Source: Pelomyxa schiedti (lineage: Eukaryota; Protista; Evosea). From it: 64,000 nt of DNA. The translations under genes and the position numbers were made by a program. The stretch is from assembly GCA_020536535.1 (NCBI GenBank), contig JAHLWZ010000173.1:9980-73979 (forward strand), in the 5' to 3' direction. Below, piece by piece: positions 63,423 through 64,000 of this stretch. Every line of letters starts with the position of its first letter. Within the stretch, counting starts at the first letter, position 1. Below the pieces are notes generated by a model. It did not search any database. It worked only from the letters and a program-made list of their open reading frames with translations, and had not been told where the DNA came from.

Positions 63423-64000
63423 ACACCTCCAGTTCTTTTTTCCATTCAACCTGTATTAGAAGTCTCCGCATTACACCAGTATTTACGGCAGCTTTCCACC
63501 AGTATGTGGCTTCTTCTTTCTTCGTTTTCTCACATAGGATAATTTAGGTGCTGGGTGTGGTGTCTGTAATCCCAGCTGGCTAGGTAACTTCCTTCTGTAT
63601 TTTAATATACTGGCATGGTGGTATGTATCTTTTTTTTTTTTTTATAGCTGCACCAAGCTGCCGAGATGCCAACCACCAACGTACATCCCTCCACCCTTGT
63701 CACCCCACGCAACGTGGTACCAGAATGGGCACCAGGCCGAATTCACTCCCCATCCTCACCTCAAGCTCTAAAACAAACAAGCCGGAAGTCAAAATTGACT
63801 TCAGGCAAAAAAAAAAGTTTTCCATCCATAAGTCCTTGGATACAAAATCATGCCACGTTTTTTTAAATAAGGAAGGACAGGCGGCGGCAGGGGAACAAAA
63901 GCGGCCGGAAGAGACGCGGCAAAGGGGAGGGCGCCGCAGGCCAGCAAAGTAGGGGCAAAAGTCGCGCGACAAGGGCAGAAGCCGGACGAAAGTGGCGGCG

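Noticed and set aside
63550-63577. gctgggtgtggtgtctgtaatcccagc resembles the 7SL/Alu 5' end
   Set aside because: It sits in an AG..GT-bounded exon-like block reading DNLGAGCGVCNPSWL, and no SRP S-domain follows.

Overview
Compact, intron-rich eukaryotic DNA, not prokaryotic. Most genes are split by very short (about 35-55 nt) GT-AG introns, so the ORF track shows only exon fragments. I reassembled gene models by hand, and boundaries are approximate where stated. Gene content (Dictyostelium-type Cys repeats, IPT/TIG transcription factor, SAM-tyrosine kinase, degenerate ankyrin family, bacterial-type anaerobic enzyme) suggests an amoebozoan, plausibly an archamoeba such as Pelomyxa (inference only). 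The first 49 kb is densely packed with mostly intact genes: DUF885 protein, Q/P-rich putative TF, 12-repeat Cys-rich surface protein, cobalamin-dependent radical SAM enzyme, a 4-helix-bundle/Cbl-EF/ricin-lectin protein head-to-head with an IPT/TIG TF, GH78 rhamnosidase, CDC23/APC8, ankyrin-like protein, frameshifted GNAT, CS-cyclophilin, NTF2, CCDC93, MMPL transporter, SAM-SAM-tyrosine kinase-ankyrin and 5'-nucleotidase. The last 15 kb holds a TPR-pseudokinase, a Shisa-like protein and a decayed zone (LRR-SPRY and kinase pseudogenes, a Ty3/Gypsy RT scrap). A 462-bp duplication spans the assembly gap at 24.5 kb. The best novelty candidates are the MLKL/HeLo-like 4HB + Cbl-EF + beta-trefoil protein, the intron-containing B12 radical SAM enzyme, the two-exon cassette repeat protein and the abrupt GC3-saturated islands at gene 5' ends.
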